Below are positions 26,627 to 37,338 of a stretch of DNA of 64,000 bases, one piece after another. The position numbers and the translations under genes are program-made. The notes beneath the pieces are model-generated. The model was not told where the DNA came from. It made no database searches and worked only from the letters and a program-made list of their open reading frames with translations. The DNA comes from an uncultured Solirubrobacterales bacterium (GTDB lineage: Bacteria; Actinomycetota; Thermoleophilia; Solirubrobacterales; Solirubrobacteraceae), in assembly GCA_963759695.1 (NCBI GenBank), contig CAVXAO010000001.1:16259-80258 (forward strand). Direction: 5' to 3'. The first letter of the stretch is position 1, and each line of letters starts with the position of its first letter.

Positions 26627-27544
26627 GTGCGCGCACTCGTTGCAGCTGCCGATCCACCCCACGTCGAGCTGGCCGAGGTCGCCGACCCGACCCCCGCCCC
26701 CAACCAGGCGGTGATCGAGGTGAAGGCGTCCAGCCTGAATCGCGGCGAGACGCGGCGGCTCGAACGCCTCAAGCCGGGCTCGATCACGGGCTGGGACGTC
26801 GCGGGCGTCGTGCGCGACGTGGCGGCCGACGGCAGCGGCCCCCCGGCGGGCGCGCGCGTGGTCGGGCTCGTGGACTCTGGCGCGTGGGCAGAGCTCGCGG
26901 CTGTCAGGACGGATTGGCTGGCCGAGCTTCCCGAACGCGTCTCGTTCGAGCAGGCGGCAGCCATTCCCGTGGCCGGCCTGACCGCGTTGCGCGCGCTCGA
27001 GATCGGTGGGTTCGTGCTCGGCAAGCGGGTGCTGGTGACGGGCGCCAGCGGGGGTGTCGGGAGGTTCGCGATTCAGCTCGCGAAGCTGGCCGGGGCGGAC
27101 GTCACGGCCACCGCGACCCGGACCGAAGGATTGATCGAGCTCGGCGCGGACGAGGTGCTGCCCGAGCTCGAGCCGCACGGGCCTACGTTCGACGTGATCG
27201 TCGATGCGGTCGGCGGTCCGACGCTGGGCGCGGCACTGAGCCGGGTGGCGCCACTGGGGAAGGTCGTCAACTTCGCCGCCACCACTCCGGAGCCGGTCTC
27301 GTTCCCGACCCGCGAGCTGTTCGGACGCGCGCCAGGAGCGTTCCTGTACGGGCTCTACATTTTCGCCGAGCTCGATCGGACCGGGAGCGGCAGCGCCGAT
27401 CTGCGCCGCCTGGCCGATCTGATCGAGGCCGGCAGGCTCGACCCCCAGATCGACATGGTCCGCTCCTGGGCGGACGCCAAGGAGGCGATCGAGGCGCTCC
27501 TGGAGCGCCGCGTCAGCGGGAAGGCGGTCCTTACCGTCGACTAG
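26627..27544 (+). CDS. Zinc-type/MDR-family quinone oxidoreductase-like dehydrogenase
   Basis: ORF track, 305 aa. ...AVIEVKASSLNRGE...GWDVAGVV...VLVTGASGGVGRFAIQLAKLAGADV.... Confidence 0.75.
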   Translation: MRALVAAADPPHVELAEVADPTPAPNQAVIEVKASSLNRGETRRLERLKPGSITGWDVAGVVRDVAADGSGPPAGARVVGLVDSGAWAELAAVRTDWLAELPERVSFEQAAAIPVAGLTALRALEIGGFVLGKRVLVTGASGGVGRFAIQLAKLAGADVTATATRTEGLIELGADEVLPELEPHGPTFDVIVDAVGGPTLGAALSRVAPLGKVVNFAATTPEPVSFPTRELFGRAPGAFLYGLYIFAELDRTGSGSADLRRLADLIEAGRLDPQIDMVRSWADAKEAIEALLERRVSGKAVLTVD

Positions 27545-27689
27545 TGGCGCCGGCGTGGCCCCTGGCACGCGATTTTGCCTCGTTAGGACTCTTGTTGCGG
27601 ATTGATTAGGAATGGCTCCCGGCGTTCCCCGGGCCCCGATTGTGATCTAGATTTCGCTGCGACCGACCAACCTCTTTGGAGGAGGAGTT

Positions 27690-29387
27690 TTGAGGAGACA
27701 CTCTAGATCGGCTCTGATGGCCGTTCTCGCAATTGGCTCCGTGCTCGCGATCGCCGCGTGCGGGAGCTCGTCAAGCTCGTCCACGACAACCACCAGTTCG
27801 TCGTCCGGTTCGACCTCGACGTCGAAGTCCGGCGGCACCGTCACGCTGTTGATGGGCACCGCTCCGGACTCGCTCGATCCACAGTTCGGCTACACGACCC
27901 AGGCGGCTGAGCCCGACTGGCTCTCGTACACCGGTCTGATCACATACGCGCGCGCCAATGGGATCCCGGGGACGGCCCTGATTCCGGGGCTGGCCACTGC
28001 GCTGCCGAAGATCAGCGACGGCGGCAAGACGTACACGATGACGCTGCGCAAGGGGCTGGTGTTCTCGAACGGCAAGCCCGTGACGGCAAGCGATTTCACG
28101 TATACCGTCGAGCGGGCGATCAAGATCCCGTGGGGCGGCTCCGGCCAGTTCATCACCGCCCAGATCGTGGGCGCGACGGCGTATTCCACGGGCAAGGCGA
28201 AGAGCATCTCCGGGATCACGACGAACAACTCGACCGGCCAGATCGTGATCCACCTGAACGCCCCCTACGGCGCGTTTGAAAACGTGCTCGCGTTCCCGTC
28301 ACTTGGAGTCGTTCCGTCCGGGACTCCGTTCAAGAACGAGCCCAACAGCCCGCCTCCGGGCGTCGGGCCGTACATGATCACGAACATCGTCCCCAACGCT
28401 TCGTTCTCGCTGGTCAAGAACCCGCAGTGGGCGAAGATGAACATCCCGGGCATCCCGGCGGGTCACGTCAACGTCAACGCGAAGATCTCGTCGAACGTCG
28501 ACGCCAACGCGCTGTCGGTGCTCAACAACACGGCCGACTTCTTCGACTGGGCCGACACGATCCCCGGCAGCCTGCTACCGCAGATCAAGTCGCAGGCCGC
28601 GGATCGGTTCACACAGGTGAACCTCGGCGCTTCGACGTACTACATCTTCCTGAACTCGAAGGCGAAGCCGTTCTCGAGCCAGCTCGCACGGGAGGCGGTG
28701 GTCACCGGCCTGAGCCTGCCGGCGATGAACCGGCTCAGTTCGGGCACGCTGGCGTACGGCTGCTACTTCCTGCCGCCGGCCATCGTCGGACATCCGACGG
28801 GCATCCCCTGCCCCTACGGGAACCCGGCGGCCGGTGGGGACATCGCCAAGGCCAAGCAGCTCGTGACGCAATCGGGCATGGCCGGCACGCCGGTCACCGT
28901 CTGGAGCGAGACGCGCTCGCCGCGCCAGCAGTGGATGACCTACTACACGTCGTTCCTGAACCAGATCGGGTTCAAGGCGACGCAGAAGGTCATCGCCGAC
29001 GCGACGTACTTCACGACGATCGGGAACCTGAAGCTGAACCCCCAGACCGGTTTCGCCGACTGGAATCAGGACTTCCCGAACCCGATCGACTTCTACCTGC
29101 TGCTGAGCGGACAGGCGATCCTGCCGACGAACAACGAGAACTTCGGCCAGATCAATGACCCGCATATCAACTCGGAGGTCAACAAGCTCGGCCCGGTCCC
29201 GACGGCGAACCTCCACTCGGTCCAGAGCGAGTGGCAGGCGCTCGACGAGTACACGGCGAAGAAGGCCTACCTCGCCGTCTTCGGGTATCAGACGTTCCCG
29301 AAGTTCACGTCGAACCGGATCAACTACGGCGCGGCGATCTTCAGCCCTCTCTACGGATGGGATTGGAGCTCGTTCCAGCTGAAGTAA
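27690..29387 (+). CDS. ABC transporter substrate-binding lipoprotein, family 5 (peptide/nickel, DppA/OppA-like)
   Basis: ORF track, 565 aa. TTG start 5 nt after GGAGGAGG. Lipoprotein signal: ...LAIGSVLAIAACGSSSS. Typical family-5 length and composition. Confidence 0.8.
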   Translation: MRRHSRSALMAVLAIGSVLAIAACGSSSSSSTTTTSSSSGSTSTSKSGGTVTLLMGTAPDSLDPQFGYTTQAAEPDWLSYTGLITYARANGIPGTALIPGLATALPKISDGGKTYTMTLRKGLVFSNGKPVTASDFTYTVERAIKIPWGGSGQFITAQIVGATAYSTGKAKSISGITTNNSTGQIVIHLNAPYGAFENVLAFPSLGVVPSGTPFKNEPNSPPPGVGPYMITNIVPNASFSLVKNPQWAKMNIPGIPAGHVNVNAKISSNVDANALSVLNNTADFFDWADTIPGSLLPQIKSQAADRFTQVNLGASTYYIFLNSKAKPFSSQLAREAVVTGLSLPAMNRLSSGTLAYGCYFLPPAIVGHPTGIPCPYGNPAAGGDIAKAKQLVTQSGMAGTPVTVWSETRSPRQQWMTYYTSFLNQIGFKATQKVIADATYFTTIGNLKLNPQTGFADWNQDFPNPIDFYLLLSGQAILPTNNENFGQINDPHINSEVNKLGPVPTANLHSVQSEWQALDEYTAKKAYLAVFGYQTFPKFTSNRINYGAAIFSPLYGWDWSSFQLK

Positions 29388-29406
29388 GGCAATAGCGGTA
29401 ACACTT

Positions 29407-29439
29407 GCGGGCCGGGACAGGTAGGCTGTCCTGGCCCGC
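29407..29439 (+). promoter_or_regulatory. Intercistronic stem-loop between the binding-protein gene and the first permease gene
   Basis: GCGGGCCGGGACAG-gtagg-CTGTCCTGGCCCGC: 14-bp stem (one G-U pair), 5-nt loop, no U-tract. Ends 5 nt before ATG 29445. Confidence 0.55.
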
Positions 29440-29444
29440 ATCTG

Positions 29445-30476
29445 ATGGCGACCACCTCATCAACCGGCACCGAGTTCTCTGGGGATATCCCCGCCGCGTT
29501 TCTCGCTGAGGGCGAGGAGCTCCCACCGGGGATAAGCCCGTCGAGACTGGCGTGGCGCCGGCTGCGCCGCAACAAGACGGCGCTCTTCTTCGGCGGGCTG
29601 TTCATCGTGATCGTCGTGCTGTGCCTGCTGGCGCCCGTCTACTCGCACGACATCGCCCATATCGGCCCGGCGACCGAGAACATCACCGGGACGGTCAAGG
29701 TCGGCGGCAAAGAGAAGGACATCGTGAGCGTGACCGGGATCCCGATCGGGCCGACGTGGACGTCTCACTATCTCCTCGGCGCTGACGATCTCGGCCGCGA
29801 CACCGCTGTCAGGCTGCTCTACGGCGGCCGCAACTCGCTTGAGATCGGGGCGTGGCGACGATCATCACGATGGTGCTGGCGATCATCCTGGGGGTCATCG
29901 CCGGCTACTTCCGCGGCATCACCGACGGCTTCGTCAACCGCGGGCTCGACATCATCTGGGCCTTCCCAGCCGTGCTGCTCGGCCTGACGCTCGGCACCGT
30001 GCTGGCCACTGGCGGCATCGGCCCGATCAAGGGCACGAACCTGTTTGTGCCGGCGTTCGTGATCGGGATCGTCTACATCCCCTACGTCGCCAAACCCTGC
30101 GCGGGCAGGTGCTGACCCTGCGCGAGCGCGAGTTCGTCGACGCCGCGCGCCAGCAGGGCCTCGGCCACATGGCGGATCATGTTCTCCGAGGTCCTGCCCA
30201 ACCTCGCTTCCACGATCATCGTCTTCATTCCGCTGATCCTCGCCAACGCGATCCTGCTCGAGGCCGCGCTCACGTATCTCGGCGCGGGCGTCCAGCCGCC
30301 GAATGCCGTCGTGGGGGACGATGATCTCCGACGGCATCGCCACGATCCCCGAGGCGTTCCACAACGTGCTCGTGCCGGGCATCATGCTCGTGCTCACGGT
30401 GATGTCGATCAACATCTTCGGTGACGGATTGCGCGACGCCCTCGACCCGCGGGCGAAGGTCCGCATCTCACGGTAG
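29445..30476 (+). pseudogene. DppC/OppC-type ABC permease with at least 4 frameshifts
   Basis: The protein is readable only by hopping frames 0, 2, 1, 2, 0 at about 29849, 30097, 30172 and 30308. Segments: ...RLLYGGRNSLEIG / VATIITMVLAIILGVIAGYF...VAKP / RGQVLTLREREFVDAARQQGLGHM / RIMFSEVLPNL...GAGVQPPNA / SWGTMISDGIATIPEAF...DPRAKVRISR. Confidence 0.7.
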
Positions 30477-31422
30477 ATGGCTCGCTTCGCGATCCGCCGG
30501 TTCCTGTCGATGCTGCTGGTGATGTTCGTGATCTCGCTGCTGACGTTCCTGCTGTTCGAGGCGATCCCGAACGGCAATCCGGCGCTCCGGCTCGCCGGCC
30601 GCTCGGCGACCCAGCTCGAGATCAACCAGATCGAGCAGAAATACGGCTTCAACCAGCCGATCTACGTCCAGTACCTGAAGACGATGAAGAACATCTTCAC
30701 CGGCCAGGCGTACTCGTACACGCAGGGCTTCAACGTGCTGACGAGATCAAGGCCGGCCTGCCCGGCGACGCTGTCGCTGGCGTTCGGGGCCGGGATCATC
30801 TGGCTGCTCGTGTCGATTCTGTTCGGGACCTGGCCGCCATCAAGGCGGGTCAGTACACCGACCGATTACTGACCGTGGTGTCGATGCTCGGGGTCTCGTT
30901 CCCGCCGTTCTTCCTGGGCGCGGTGCTGCTCTACTACCTCGGCTACAAGGCCGAGCATCTTCCCGCTTGAGCGGGTACGTGAAGTTCACGTCGAACCCCT
31001 GGCAGTGGTTCGTGCACCTGATCCTGCCTTGGTTCACGCTATCGGTGCTGTTCATCGGCTTCTACTCCCGCGTGCTGCGCTCGACGATCCTCGACACGAT
31101 CAACGAGGACTACGTCCGCACGGCGAAGGCGAAGGGGCTCTCGGAGCGTCAGGTCCTGATGCGCCACGTCCTGCGCAACAGCTTGATCCCGATCATCTCG
31201 CTGTGGGGGCTCGACATGGCCGCGGTGATCGGCGGCGGGGCGATCCTGACCGAGTCGGTCTTCGGCCTGCACGGGGTCGGGGCAGCTCGCTCGCGACTCG
31301 ATCGGCCGGCTCGACATCATCCCGATCCTGGTGATCGTGATGCTGACCGCATTCTTCGTGGTGCTCTTCGCGGCGCTGGTCGACATCCTCTACGCCTACC
31401 TCGATCCGCGGATCCGCCTGAC

Positions 31423-31426
<4 letters not shown>
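30477..31426 (+). pseudogene. DppB/OppB-type ABC permease with at least 5 frameshifts
   Basis: MARFAIRRFLSMLLVMFVISLLTFLLFEAIP.... Indels inferred near 30740 and 30765 (a compensating pair around DEIKAGLP), 30830, 30963 and 31281. The C-terminus ...LVDILYAYLDPRIRLT ends in an ATGA overlap with the next gene. Length 950 nt, not a multiple of 3. Confidence 0.7.
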
Positions 31427-32482
<1,056 letters not shown>

Positions 32483-32486
<4 letters not shown>

Positions 32487-33637
32487 GCATCGGCGGCTCG
32501 TCTGAGGAGGCGCCGGTGCCGGAGACCGGGCCTGCGGCGGAGACCGGGCCGGCGGCGGAGACCGAGGAGCGGAGGAACGGCTCCAAGCTGCTCGAGGTCG
32601 ACCACCTCAAGGTGCTGTTCCCGATCAAGTCGGGGCTGATCATCGACCGCCAGATCGGGCAGGTGCACGCCGTCGACGACGTCACGTTTGAGCTCCTCGA
32701 AGGGGAGACGCTCGGGATCGTCGGCGAGTCGGGGTGTGGCAAGACCACGCTGATCCGGACGCTGGTCAGGCTGATCGAATCGACCGGCGGAGGCATCCGC
32801 TTCCGCGGCAAGGACATCACGACCGCCGGCCGAAAGGAGCTGGAGCCGATCCGGCGCGAGATGCAGATGGTCTTCCAGGACCCGCAGGCATCGTTGAATC
32901 CGCGCAAGCGCGTCGCCCAGATCCTGTCAACCCCGCTGCGGATCCGGGGCGTGGGGAAGGACCAGATCGAGTCGGAGAGCCGTCAGCTCGTCGAGCGGGT
33001 CGGACTGCATCCCGAGCATTTGGGTCGCTTTCCGCACGAGTTCTCCGGCGGCCAGCGCCAGCGGATCGGGATCGCGAGGGCGCTGGCCATGAATCCGCAG
33101 CTGCTGCTGCTCGACGAGCCCGTGTCGGCGCTGGACGTCTCGATCCAGGCGCAGGTGATCAACCTGCTCGACGAGCTCCAGGACGAGTTCCACCTCTCCT
33201 ACGTGTTCGTCGCCCACGACCTCAGCGTCGTCCGCCACGTCTCGAACCGGATCGTCGTGATGTACCTCGGCAAGCTGATGGAGGTCTCGCCCGCCGAGGA
33301 GCTCTACACCAAGCCGATCCACCCCTACACATCCGCTCTGCTGAGCGCGATCCCGATCCCGGATCCGGTCGAGAACCGCGCCCGGACTCGGGAGGTCGTC
33401 GGCGGCGAGCCGCCGAACCCCATCCGTCCGCCGTCGGGGTGCCGCTTCCACACCCGCTGCCCCCGGGCCACCGACATCTGCCGCCAGGTCGAGCCGCAGC
33501 TCACCGAGTACGCCTGCGGCCACCTCGCCGCCTGTCACCACCCGCAGAACGTCTCCGCGGACGAGGTGGCGAGCGCCACGCGTTCGCCGTCGTCGCCGAC
33601 GAGCGCCGGCGAGGATCGGCCGGACTTCACGAACTGA
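32483..33637 (+). CDS. DppF/OppF-type ABC ATPase (apparently intact)
   Basis: GTG 32483 forms a GTGA overlap with the previous stop. ...[17 protein letters not shown]...[15 protein letters not shown]...[18 protein letters not shown].... Confidence 0.8.
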
Positions 33638-33639
33638 GG

Positions 33640-34012
33640 CGGTGTTTCGGTGGCGTGCTCGCTGGCCGTCGGGGCGCGATCGGCGCGATCGCGGCCTTTC
33701 GATGGTGCACAGCACGACAATCCCGGGCCGGACGGCGAGGCCTGTCGAGTCATGCACGAGGAGTGTGCTCAATAGGACAGGGCTCCGATCTGGCGCCGGC
33801 GTTGACGCGCTAGGCACCATCCCCGTGACACTCTCGACACACTCCGGGCACAAACGGGCGGGTTTGGGCACCCGCCGTCGTGGGACCGCGAGAGCTGAGG
33901 AGGGTAGACCGCAGGGTTTGGGCAGCCGATCAGGTCGATCAGAGGCTCCCGGCGACCCGCCGGCGCCCTCACCCACCCCTTCCCTGGTGCCTTTTACCGA
34001 GCCGCCCGCCAG
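33640..34012 (+). repeat. MITE-like dispersed repeat, copy A (core plus right terminal repeat; left end degenerate)
   Basis: Aligns by eye with 57192-57552 and, inverted, with 42365-42639. Shared core: ...GATCGCGGCCTTTCGATGGTGCACAGCACGACAAT...GCACGAGGAGTGTGCTCAATAGGACAGGGCTC...GACGCGCTAGGCACCATCCCCGTGAC.... Right end: CCCTGGTGCCTTTTACCGAGCCGCCCGCCAG. Confidence 0.75.
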
Positions 34013-34282
34013 TCCCCCGCCACCTAAGGGGTCGACCTAAGCCAGCTAAGGCCTCCCCCAGCCACATCGGCTCCATTTTCCCGATGTGCGATCGCGCCTC
34101 TCAGGCCATCCTCATCACAGATGGATTTCACTGAGAGGAGCACAGAATGCATCCCAACATCAGCAGGGCAATCGCGACGGCGAGGGCAGAGGAGCTCCGC
34201 CGCCACGGCGAGATTGAGCAGCGCGCGAGTCATGCACGGCGCCGGCGTCGAACCCAGCTCGTCTTCTCGCGATACTTCGGAC

Positions 34283-37240
34283 ATGCACGCGAGGCTCACC
34301 AGCACTCACTTCGTTGGTCGCGTCGGCGAGCTGGCGGAGCTGGAGCTGGCGTCGCGGGAAGCGGCCGATAGCCGCCCGGTCCTGGTACTGCTCGGCGGCG
34401 AATCCGGCGTCGGGAAGACACGAGTCGTCACCGAGCTCGAGCGGCGAATGGAGGACGGCACGCTCGTTCTGCGCGGCGACGCCGTGGACCAGGGCGATGG
34501 CGAGCTGCCCTACGCGCCCGTGCTGGGCGCGCTGCGCCCGCTCGTGCGCGAGCGCCACCCGGCGCTCCGCGAGCTCAGCGCGGGTAGCCGCGCGCAGCTG
34601 GCGGGCCTGCTACCCGGGCTCGACAACGGGGGCCCGCTGGCCGAGCGGGACGACCCGTCCGCCCAGCTGCGCCTGTTCGAGGCCTTGCTCGAACTGCTCG
34701 ACCTGCTGAGCGAATCGTCCCCGCTGGTCCTGATTCTCGAGGACATGCACTGGGCGGATCGCTCGACCCGCACGTTCGTCTCCTTCCTCGCCCGAAGCCT
34801 CCGGCAGGAGCGCGTGATGATGCTCCTGACCTATCGAACCGACGAGCTGCACCGCCGTCACGCCCTGCGTCCACTGCTGAGCGAGCTTGAGCGACTCGAG
34901 CGCGCTCGCCGGATCGAGCTGGCGCCGTTCGACCGCGTGGAGCTCACCGAGGCGCTCGCCGACATCCTTGGCGACGCGCCGAGCGCGGATCTCGTCGAGC
35001 GGCTGTTCGCCCGGAGCGAGGGCAACCCGCTGTACACCGAGGAGCTTTTGGCGGCGGGGCTCGACGGGCGCGGTGCCGCGCCGCAGAGCCTGCGCGACGC
35101 GTTCCTGCTGCGGATCGAGCGTATGCCGGCGGACGCCAAGCGCGCGGCGCGCGCGATCGCCGTGGGACGGCGGCTCGACGAGGCGATGCTGGCCGAGGTG
35201 ACGGGGATCGATTCCGGCGCTTTGCACGAGGCCCTGCGCGCGGCGGTCGCCGAGCAGGTGCTCGTGACGGTCTCGAGCGGCGCGTTCACATTCAGACACG
35301 CGCTGCTGCGCGAAGCGGTCTACGACGACCTGCTGCCGGGGGAGCGGGTGGAGCTCCATCTCGCCCTGGCGCGCCTGCTCGAGCAGGGTGATCCGGCCAG
35401 CGACGAGCGGGAGGTCGAGCGCGCGACGATGGTGGCCAGCCACTACGCCTCCGCGGGCGACCAGCCGGCCGCGTTGCGCGCGACGGTGCGCGCGGCGGTC
35501 TCGGCGCGGAAGATCCACGCCTATGGCGAGGCCGCCGACCTGGCCGAGCGCGCGCTGGAACTCTGGCCGCGGGTCCCGGATGAGGAGAAGACCTTCGACC
35601 TCGACCACGTGGACCTGCTGCTGCTCGCGGGGGGCGCACACTGCGTGGCCGACGACCGCAGCCGGTCCGAGGTGCTGTTCGAGAGCGCGCTGCAGGAGCT
35701 CGATTCCGACCGCGACCCGCGACGGTACGCCTCCGTCCTGGCCCGCCTGGCGAGCACGCAGTGGCAGCTCAATCGCGGCCTGGAAGGGGTCGAGACGGCG
35801 CAGCGGGCGCTGGACATGCTTCCGGACGGCGAGAGCCGGGAGCGGGCCTCGGTCCTGGCCTTTCTCGCGCGCACCCGGTTCCTCCGCGGGCGCTTCCGCA
35901 GCGCACAGACCGACGGCGAAGAGGCGTTGGCGCTCGCCGTGGCCGTCGGAGACCGCGCCGCCGAGATGGAGGTTCTGAACACGCTCGGGATAACCCAGAT
36001 CGCGCTCGGCGAAGTCGAGGAGGGCGTCGCAAGACTCCGCCAGGCGATCGACATCGCCCGCGAGACCGACAACATCGACGGGCTCGCCGAGGCGTACTCG
36101 AACCTCGCCGACATGCTCAACCTGCGAGGCCGTACTCGCGAGGCGATCGAGACCGTGAATGAAGGCCTGGCGGCGGTGCCTCGCCGGCTGCCGATCAGCC
36201 GCCAGTGGATGCTGCTGACCCTCTCCGAGCTCCAGGTCGAGGCGGGAGAGTGGGACGCCGCTCGCGAGAACCTCGGGGCGCCGTCCTCGCAGCTGACTGG
36301 CCTAGTGCTGATCTTCCGCCTCTTGCGCGAGGCAGAACTGGCGCTCGGGGAGGGAGACGATGAGCGGGCAAGCCGGCTTCTGGAGGAGGCGGAGCCGCTG
36401 GTCGAGCGCTCGTCCCAGCCGCAATGGATCGGCTCGCTCGGCTCGCTGCTGGGCGAGCTGCGCCGGCGCCAGGGCGATCTGCCGGGGGCGCGGGCCGCGG
36501 TGCAGCACGCGCTGGACCGGATCGAGCTGTGCACCGACGACGTCATGCGGATCGCCCGCGTGACGGCGGTCGGCGCCCGCGTCGAGGCCGATTTCGCGCA
36601 GCGCGCCCGCGACCTGCGCGAGAAGCGCGAGGAGCGCGACGCGCTCGCCAGAGCGCGGATCCACATCCAGCGGCTGCGCGCCATCGCGCAGGAGGGCGGC
36701 CCCGTCGAGCGCGCCTGGAACGCGGTCGCGGCGGCCGATCTGGCCCGCGCCCGCGGTCGGAGCGACCCGGCGCTGTGGGCCAAGGCGGCGCGCGAATGGG
36801 AGTCGATCGACCGCTCCTACCTCGCCGCTCTCGTGCGCTGGCGCGAGGCCGAGGCGTACGTCGAAGCCGGCGATCGCGCGGCGGCGGTCGAGCCTGCCCG
36901 GGTGGCGCTCGAGACTGCAGAGCGCCTCGGCGCGGCATGGCTGGTGGCGGAGGTTTCGGGGCTCCGCGATCGCGCGCGGCTCGAGCTCGACGCCGAATCC
37001 GACGGGCGGGAGTCGACGAACGGGGACGGGTTGGAGGTCGACCCGTTTGGCCTGACCGCGCGGGAACGGCAGGTGCTCGCCCTGATCGCCGAGGGCGCCA
37101 CCAACCGCCAGATCGGCACGGCACTGTTCATGGCTGAGAAGACCGCGAGCGTCCACGTCTCGCGGATCCTCGCGAAGCTCGGCGTCAGCAGCCGCACGCA
37201 GGCGGCCGCGGTGGCGCACCGGATGCACCTCAGTAGGTAG
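34283..37240 (+). CDS. Large ATP-binding LuxR-family regulator (LAL/MalT-like: AAA/NACHT-type ATPase, TPR-like region, C-terminal LuxR HTH)
   Basis: Trimmed to ATG 34283: MHARLTSTHFVGRVGELAELE...LLGGESGVGKTRVV.... C-terminus: ...LTARERQVLALIAEGATNRQIGTALFMAEKTASVHVSRILAKLGV. Confidence 0.85.
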   Translation: MHARLTSTHFVGRVGELAELELASREAADSRPVLVLLGGESGVGKTRVVTELERRMEDGTLVLRGDAVDQGDGELPYAPVLGALRPLVRERHPALRELSAGSRAQLAGLLPGLDNGGPLAERDDPSAQLRLFEALLELLDLLSESSPLVLILEDMHWADRSTRTFVSFLARSLRQERVMMLLTYRTDELHRRHALRPLLSELERLERARRIELAPFDRVELTEALADILGDAPSADLVERLFARSEGNPLYTEELLAAGLDGRGAAPQSLRDAFLLRIERMPADAKRAARAIAVGRRLDEAMLAEVTGIDSGALHEALRAAVAEQVLVTVSSGAFTFRHALLREAVYDDLLPGERVELHLALARLLEQGDPASDEREVERATMVASHYASAGDQPAALRATVRAAVSARKIHAYGEAADLAERALELWPRVPDEEKTFDLDHVDLLLLAGGAHCVADDRSRSEVLFESALQELDSDRDPRRYASVLARLASTQWQLNRGLEGVETAQRALDMLPDGESRERASVLAFLARTRFLRGRFRSAQTDGEEALALAVAVGDRAAEMEVLNTLGITQIALGEVEEGVARLRQAIDIARETDNIDGLAEAYSNLADMLNLRGRTREAIETVNEGLAAVPRRLPISRQWMLLTLSELQVEAGEWDAARENLGAPSSQLTGLVLIFRLLREAELALGEGDDERASRLLEEAEPLVERSSQPQWIGSLGSLLGELRRRQGDLPGARAAVQHALDRIELCTDDVMRIARVTAVGARVEADFAQRARDLREKREERDALARARIHIQRLRAIAQEGGPVERAWNAVAAADLARARGRSDPALWAKAAREWESIDRSYLAALVRWREAEAYVEAGDRAAAVEPARVALETAERLGAAWLVAEVSGLRDRARLELDAESDGRESTNGDGLEVDPFGLTARERQVLALIAEGATNRQIGTALFMAEKTASVHVSRILAKLGVSSRTQAAAVAHRMHLSR

Positions 37241-37244
37241 GAAG

Positions 37245-37315
37245 ACCCGGCCGCATGCGGCCGGGTCCGGATCGGCGCATGCGCCGATCCGCGGGTGGGC
37301 GCATGCGCCCACCCG
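37245..37315. repeat. Three abutting perfect palindromes (22, 24 and 24 nt) sharing the core CGCATGCG; candidate terminator and/or operator array
   Basis: ACCCGGCCGCATGCGGCCGGGT (37245-37266), CGGATCGGCGCATGCGCCGATCCG (37268-37291), CGGGTGGGCGCATGCGCCCACCCG (37292-37315). They lie between the LuxR stop (37240) and the aguA start (37339). Confidence 0.85.
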
Positions 37316-37338
37316 AACAGCATGTAGGCTCGGGCGCC

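Noticed and set aside
26525-27568. N-terminal 348-aa extension of the hydrolase ORF (track ORF 25106-27568)
   Set aside because: The extension is antisense to the well-supported oxidoreductase gene (26627-27544) and has low-complexity composition. A signal-peptide-bearing ATG at 26524 gives a sensible protein. Analogous over-extensions were trimmed for 54785-57265, 42697-43998, 62922-63992, 40699-41739, 34121-37240 and all the mce ORFs.
33642-34040. ORFs beginning MVHSTTI.../MVHNTPT... inside all three MITE-like copies, as a possible small conserved protein
   Set aside because: A 1-nt length difference between copies A and C breaks the shared frame after about 15 codons. Conservation is at the DNA level, including non-ORF parts and the terminal repeats. 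Non-coding is the better explanation.
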